Assembly (NCBI GenBank): GCA_900291995.1
Contig: OLMU01000707.1
Location: 1 to 39,894 of the forward strand
DNA from: Licmophora abbreviata
Lineage: Eukaryota
Length of the DNA: 39,894 nucleotides
Reading direction: 5' to 3'
Shown here: positions 34,564 through 39,894 of the stretch, piece after piece
Layout: the number at the start of each line of letters is the position of its first letter
Numbering within the stretch: position 1 is the first letter of the stretch
Made by a program: the position numbers and the translations under genes
The notes under the pieces: generated by a model
What the model saw: only the letters and a program-made list of their open reading frames with translations
What the model was told of the DNA's origin: nothing
Databases searched by the model: none

Positions 34564-35620
34564 ATGATAGCCCAAGCTTGTTTCTTGACGGCACTCGTTG
34601 CGAGCGTCGCGGCATTTGGCGTGCGTAATCCGTTGACACGCCCTGGTGCTTTCGTTCCGTCTGGAATCCACCTCAGCGTGAGTGGTGGTCTCGTGCCATC
34701 TCGCAAGTCGCCGTCACTATTCCTGAGCCCAACAGCTATGCCACGTATCCAATCAAATAATTTGAATGAGCTGGCGACTCAGGGATACACGGTGATACAG
34801 GACTTCATCCCCGATAGCCTTCAACAGACGCTACGAGACGACGTATCACTGCTGCGAGAGAAAAGCAAATTCCAAGTTGCCAAGGTTGGTCAGGATTCGA
34901 CCAATACGCTAGATGAAGACATTCGGGTGGCTGAGACGTGCTTCATAGGCAATGGCAAACTTCAGGATGTTCCTAGCAGTGCACGGTCAGAGCTCTACAG
35001 CGTGCTTGGTCAACTTCGAGACGATCTCTCCGGAAATCCAATACTGAACTCCGATGCCGCCGTCACAAAGGGAACTCCTCCATTGGACAAACGTCTAGAT
35101 GAGACTTTGTACGCCTACTACCCTCAGGGTGGCTTCTATCGACGACATCTAGATGCGGTTTCGGAGTCAGCGTCTTATCTTAGATGCTATTCGTTGTTAT
35201 TGTACCTTAACGAGGCCTGGCAGACTACTGACGGCGGTCAGCTCCGCCTTTATGGGTGAGTCGCTCAAATGCGAACTGCAAGTGCCATCCTCCGTGTTGT
35301 GTCGTACTTTGGCTGACATGATTCCCCTCTGTGCGCTCGTGGCTCTCGCCTCGCCTTCGGAAAATAATAGCGATCGAGGAGGCTATGATGACGTGTTGCC
35401 GCACGGCGGAACTCTCGTGCTGTTCAAGTCTGACATGATTCCGCACGAAGTCCTCGATACCAACAAAGAGAGGGTTGCCGTCGTTGGCTGGTACAATCGT
35501 GGGGTGTCGCCAGCGGACATTGCATCACTGGCACCCGACGGAGACAAGACGCGTTCGGTCATGTTGGTCGCCTCTGCGGCGTTGGTTTCGGTTGGCATTG
35601 GCATGATACTTCTCCAGTAA
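34564..35620 (+). CDS. Plastid-targeted 2OG-Fe(II) prolyl-hydroxylase-like oxygenase (EGLN/SM-20 type) with a C-terminal TM anchor
   Basis: Leader ..ASVAA-F; YYPQGGFYRRHLD, LLLYLNEAW..DGGQLRL, LVLFKSDMIPHEV, RVAVVGWY. Intron 35256-35370. Confidence 0.85.
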
Positions 35621-35699
35621 ACGTAACAGTATTAAAGCTGATTCGAAAATCTACAATACACTCGCATCTCGCAGATGATTCACTTGTACCCACGAGAGA

Positions 35700-37120
35700 T
35701 CATGAATCTTCTTCCTGTAGCACACCATCCGTCCACTTTTCTTTACGAAGGATGCCATCAGGAAGGTGAAGATAGCCAACGCCGTGTTTTTCGTCGGAAC
35801 GAAATCGCCCTTTCCACACGGTTCCGCCAGCATGCAGCAACGAGCCTCGCCCATGTCTCCAGTTTCGATGCCAGTCGCCAATATAGGAGTCACCTCCAAC
35901 ATACGTCATCTCTCCGTGCCCTTCTCGTAAGTCCTTCTTGAAGGAGCCCTGGTACAGACTGACAAGATCATAGTAAGCATCATGGTCGGTGAGTGTGGCG
36001 GCGGGTATACTCAGCGAGCAAAAACAGGAGGGACAACTTACCTTCCGTCTGCAAACTCGTACCTGCCGGAACCGTGCAGCTTGCCTTTCTGAAACCCGCC
36101 GTCGTACTGACCACCTCCTGCAAACTCGAGCTTTCCTTCCCCGTCCCACTTGTCATCGAGCCATTGTCCGGTATACACTTCGCCGCCATGCTTGAGCTGG
36201 CGGCCAATGCCGTACCCTTGTCGCTTGTCGTGCGCCCATTCACCCTTGTAATGCCACCCCTGTGGCCATTCACACTCTCCGTATCCATGCGCTTCCCCTC
36301 GTACGAACGATCCTGAATATACACATCCGTGCACATCGCGATACGTTCCTATCCCATGAAAAAACCCGGCTTTGCATTCTCCCTCGTATACGCTGACCTT
36401 TCCTCGGTGCTCTCGCCCTTTGTGAACATGGATGAATTTGCCGCGCCCCTGCTGGTCAGTACCTTCAAGTAGACTTCCCGAAAATTGAACGCCATCTGCA
36501 TCCTGAATAGTGACACTGGCGGAGGGTCTGCTCGGTTTGCGAGCTTGTGATGAGTCCGAAGTCAATCTTGTCTTTTTCCTAGAAGGCCTCATGGACGACA
36601 CGCGACCTTCGACATGATGGGCATCGCCCTCTTTTTCATTGAAACGAGCCGCTGCATTCATTGACAATTCGTCGCATTCCAGCTGAGCTGCGGCGGCGGC
36701 ACCACCACTTCCGGCTCGTCTTGCATGATGGTCGCCCGTACCCACATCGAACATCTCGAGTTTAATTTCCCCGACAGCGGCGGTCACCTCTCTATTGGAC
36801 GCGGCGTTTGACATGGACGACACATCATCTTCGGTGACCGAGGCGTCGTTGTGCGGGAGGGGCCGAACATTGGGCTCGCCTGGGTAGCAAAACAAGCATC
36901 GTCCCATCGCGACGACGCCCGGCTCATTGCGAGGAACCAGTCGGCCAGCTCCTCGCTCGTGTGTCGTGTCATAAATGCTCGTTCCGCACCTGTGACACAT
37001 ACCGTGTTTGAGACGATACTCCACCACCATATCTAAGGGATTCCGTTGTCGTACCGGTACCGAGATCTCGGGGGCAGCGCTATCATTGAACGAATCAGTG
37101 TCGCTCGGGGCACCGTCCAT
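35700..37120 (-). CDS. MORN-repeat protein with an N-terminal CxxC..CxxC module
   Basis: About 8 MORN units; intron 36041-35959; N-terminal CHRCG..GRCLFC. Confidence 0.85.
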
Positions 37121-37396
37121 CGTGTTGATTCAATTCGGGAGATTCGACACAGTGTTTGCCGGATAGTGCGCGCTGGACAACTCTTCTGACAAGAAGCGCT
37201 ACTCAGTCTCTCCGTTTAACAATTTAAGGGCGTTCTAGGCTGTAGAAAAGGCCGTAAGGCGAGAGTGCAGTGGCCTCGAATGAACAAGATGGTAAGCAGA
37301 ACATTGCCCTTTCGCCCCACCTTCTTGTGGCCGGGTCTCTCTGTCACAAAATAATGTGCCACAACGTTCGGCTATAGTAGCAGATAAGGGATTTAT

Positions 37397-37447
37397 GTAC
37401 CAGGTACTCGTAGTATGAGGTACTCGTATAGTACCAGGTATAGTACC
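37397..37447. repeat. Interleaved short repeats in a divergent promoter
   Basis: GTACCAGGTA at 37397 and 37431; AGGTACTCGTA at 37402 and 37418; TAGTACC twice. Confidence 0.7.
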
Positions 37448-37538
37448 CGCAGTAGCAAGTCGACGTAGAATCAACGTGAATACGCGTAGATTGCGCGATC
37501 CAGAGTGCCTCTTTTTTACCGCGTGAATACCGAGCACG

Positions 37539-39894
37539 ATGGTCCTAGAGCCGTCGATTCCCCTTGCAGAATGCCTTGAGGGGCTCATCACGCACTTATC
37601 GCATTCAGGGAGTACAAAGGACACCGCGCCTCTTTTCGTCTTTTCTGTTGCATTTCTCTGTCACCTCAAGCGAGATCAAGCCTTTTTGCACGGACTAACA
37701 GTGACTGGGTACGTCTGTCATGCATTTCCTTATTGCATGCATGACGGAATATAAAAACTATGTCCAATACAATTGAGAATAATGTCGTCATCTCAAACTG
37801 CGCTCACATTTTGGTCGTCGCAGGGCCGACGACAAGAAGTTACAACTACGGGATGCGGCGTTTCCTTCTGCTCAGCAAATTCCTGCCATCAGTTCGGTGC
37901 TGCAAAATCCCCGCCTCTTTCATGCTCTCCTCGCTTGTCTAAGACAGCCACGGGTGGAAGGAGCTGAGTTTTCCGATGGTATGATACAAACTTCTGGCTC
38001 GGTAGCCAAAGGTCGCAAGAGGAGCTACTCCTTCCAAGCCGCCGACAGAGAAGCCAGCAAGCACCAGAAGTTGCAGCGTTCGCCTATGGTTAAAACGACA
38101 TCACATCAGCCGGCGACCGATGCAAGCAGCACTGTTGTGGCTGTCCCCGTTCACGTCGTCGCGTCAACCATATTGTACGCTTCTTTCCAGCATCTCGATC
38201 ACTGGCCGGCCCCCTTAGTGCAGGCGTACGCGGAAGACTGCTTCGGCTCTCGATCCTGGGTGGACGACACGCGATGCGACCTCTTGGTACAAAACCTTGC
38301 TCTTGTTCACGCGACACCGGAGGACGAGAGCGATAAGTCGGGCAACGAACCGAGCACATTAGAGGCGGCGCAGCTTGTGGCACATTATTATGCGCAGCGT
38401 ATGAAGATCCCACCGAGTACTGCGCTACTTGAACGACCGCGTCATGAGGGGACCCCAAGCTCTCCTCTGTCGTTGTCAGCGGGACGTCCACGCTCGCAGT
38501 CGACTGCATCAGACCCATTTGGCTTCGAGCCTGTCAACCATGCCGACTCGGATTCGGGAGACAACGATGGGTGGGTCGAAATCTCGGCAGGTACCTTGGA
38601 AAGAGCAGGGAATGGCGAAAGCGATGCATCCTCTTCGTCGTCTTCAGGAGAGGAAGATGAAGAAGTTCTTGGGACAGCTGAATCGTTTGGAAATGCCGAC
38701 GGCGCATTGGGCGTTGTAGATGAAGCCGGTCCGAACCGACACGAGGCCGATATCATCTTTCCCTTCACTCCGGTGTCCGTCAATTTACGTCGTGTGCGTC
38801 ACCGATATTATGGAAACAATCTGAAGCATGCACGTAGTGCCATCGGCACCGCACTTTCGGCTCGGCTCGAAGCTAAACACAAGCAGAACTCTCGTCTCTT
38901 AGTAGCGTTGTTGTCGTTCCTGTCGGTACCTGAAGTCCGGTGTTTGGTTGCGCAGTCTCTCGAACAGTGGCTGCAGTCACCGGCTTTATCAGGTCAAGCG
39001 CGAGCGCTGTTCACCGAAACGGTGCAGAGCCTGGAACGCACCGATCCGCCTCTTCCGTTAGACATTCAGGCTATTGACAGTCTGCTGGCGATGCGACTGA
39101 AGACGAATCAGCAGAACATCTATATCGAGAAGATCACGAAAATTGCTTCGCGCATACCTACCATGGCTGTTGCAGGGCAGATTCTTCGGAGAATATTGCA
39201 GGCTGAGATAAGTATGATTGAGACTGCTCCTGGCACACAGCAATCCTCGTCCTTGCTGATGGTGGCGGCGCTTCATGGGGTACTTCCACCAAATTTGTTT
39301 GCGGAAGCGTTTGCAAGGGCAATTATGGCCTTACTTGTGGATGAAAAAGCACGTGAAACGGCGAGGTCGTCGGTGGACGAAGCGAACGCAAGCCGTTGTG
39401 TCCACCGGATTCGGCACCTTATGAAAAGCGTGGCAGCGACTCTTGCGTCTCGTTTTGATGCCTCTACTGTCCTCGACGCCCTAGCATCCTTCTCTACCCC
39501 AGAGGCGTGGTCAGTATGCGACGAGGAAGATAGGGCACGACTTCTATTCGAATGTGCATTGCGTGTCGTGCCAGAGCCAGCAGACGACCGATCAAAAACA
39601 CAGCGCCAGGTGAAGCCAGAGAAGTGGAATTTGGAGGACACGAAGGGATTCCGGGCGAGACTCACAAACGCCCGAAAGATATTGCTAACGTGGTGCTGTG
39701 CAACGTATGCGCCGCTGTTTACATCACGGAAGGACAAGTTTCACCACTCGGACAGGAAGCAACGACTAAAAGCTGAACCATTCGGGGCGGGTCCGCCTGA
39801 TTTTACCAGTGTTTTGTCCGGTCAGAACTATGCCTTGTCCCCGTGTCCTGATGTTATGAGATGCATTTTATTCCTGGAAGAGACGGAATCAGCA
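37539..39894 (+). CDS. INTS1: Integrator complex subunit 1 (5' part, runs off the window)
   Basis: Exon 1 from ATG 37539, intron 37709-37823, then a frame open to the window end. It is absent from the ORF track because there is no stop. WPAPLVQAYAEDCFGSRSWVDD..C..LVQNL and LEQWLQSPAL resemble conserved INTS1 N-terminal motifs. Confidence 0.8.

Noticed and set aside
37397..37447. Repeat cluster as a CRISPR array or MITE
   Set aside because: The units are only about 10 bp and interleaved, with no spacers, no terminal inverted repeats with target-site duplication, and a eukaryotic context.
37760..37942. 60-aa ORF as an independent gene
   Set aside because: It starts inside the INTS1 intron and runs out of frame over exon 2.

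Overview
Gene-dense eukaryotic nuclear DNA, most likely from a diatom or related stramenopile. This rests on short GT-AG introns of about 70-135 nt, several bipartite plastid-targeting peptides with ASAF-like cleavage sites, and intergenic gaps of only 25-750 bp. About 22 protein-coding genes are recognisable: tepsin-like (3' end), POLA1, SMC6, two MORN-repeat proteins, RagA/B, a complex I subunit, DUF1330, a dual-specificity phosphatase, two tandem claudin-like paralogs, POLD3, an integrase-repeat protein, two 2OG-Fe(II) oxygenases, an SMP-EF-hand-C2 protein, SRP54, a Cys-rich plastid protein, an HCF173-like protein, TRM112, a CRAL-TRIO protein and INTS1 (5' part, missed by the ORF track). 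I found no tRNA, rRNA, CRISPR array or transposon. The most striking unexplained signal is regulatory. All three genome-maintenance genes (POLA1, SMC6, POLD3) carry a sense-oriented composite element, GGCGCG[A/C]-N7-TTYGAA, about 90-150 bp upstream of the ATG. It resembles an E2F/CDE + CHR (DREAM-type) module with a fixed 7-nt spacer. Palindrome-like TAC..GTA words also recur in non-coding DNA. All family calls come from motif recognition by eye; no searches were run.
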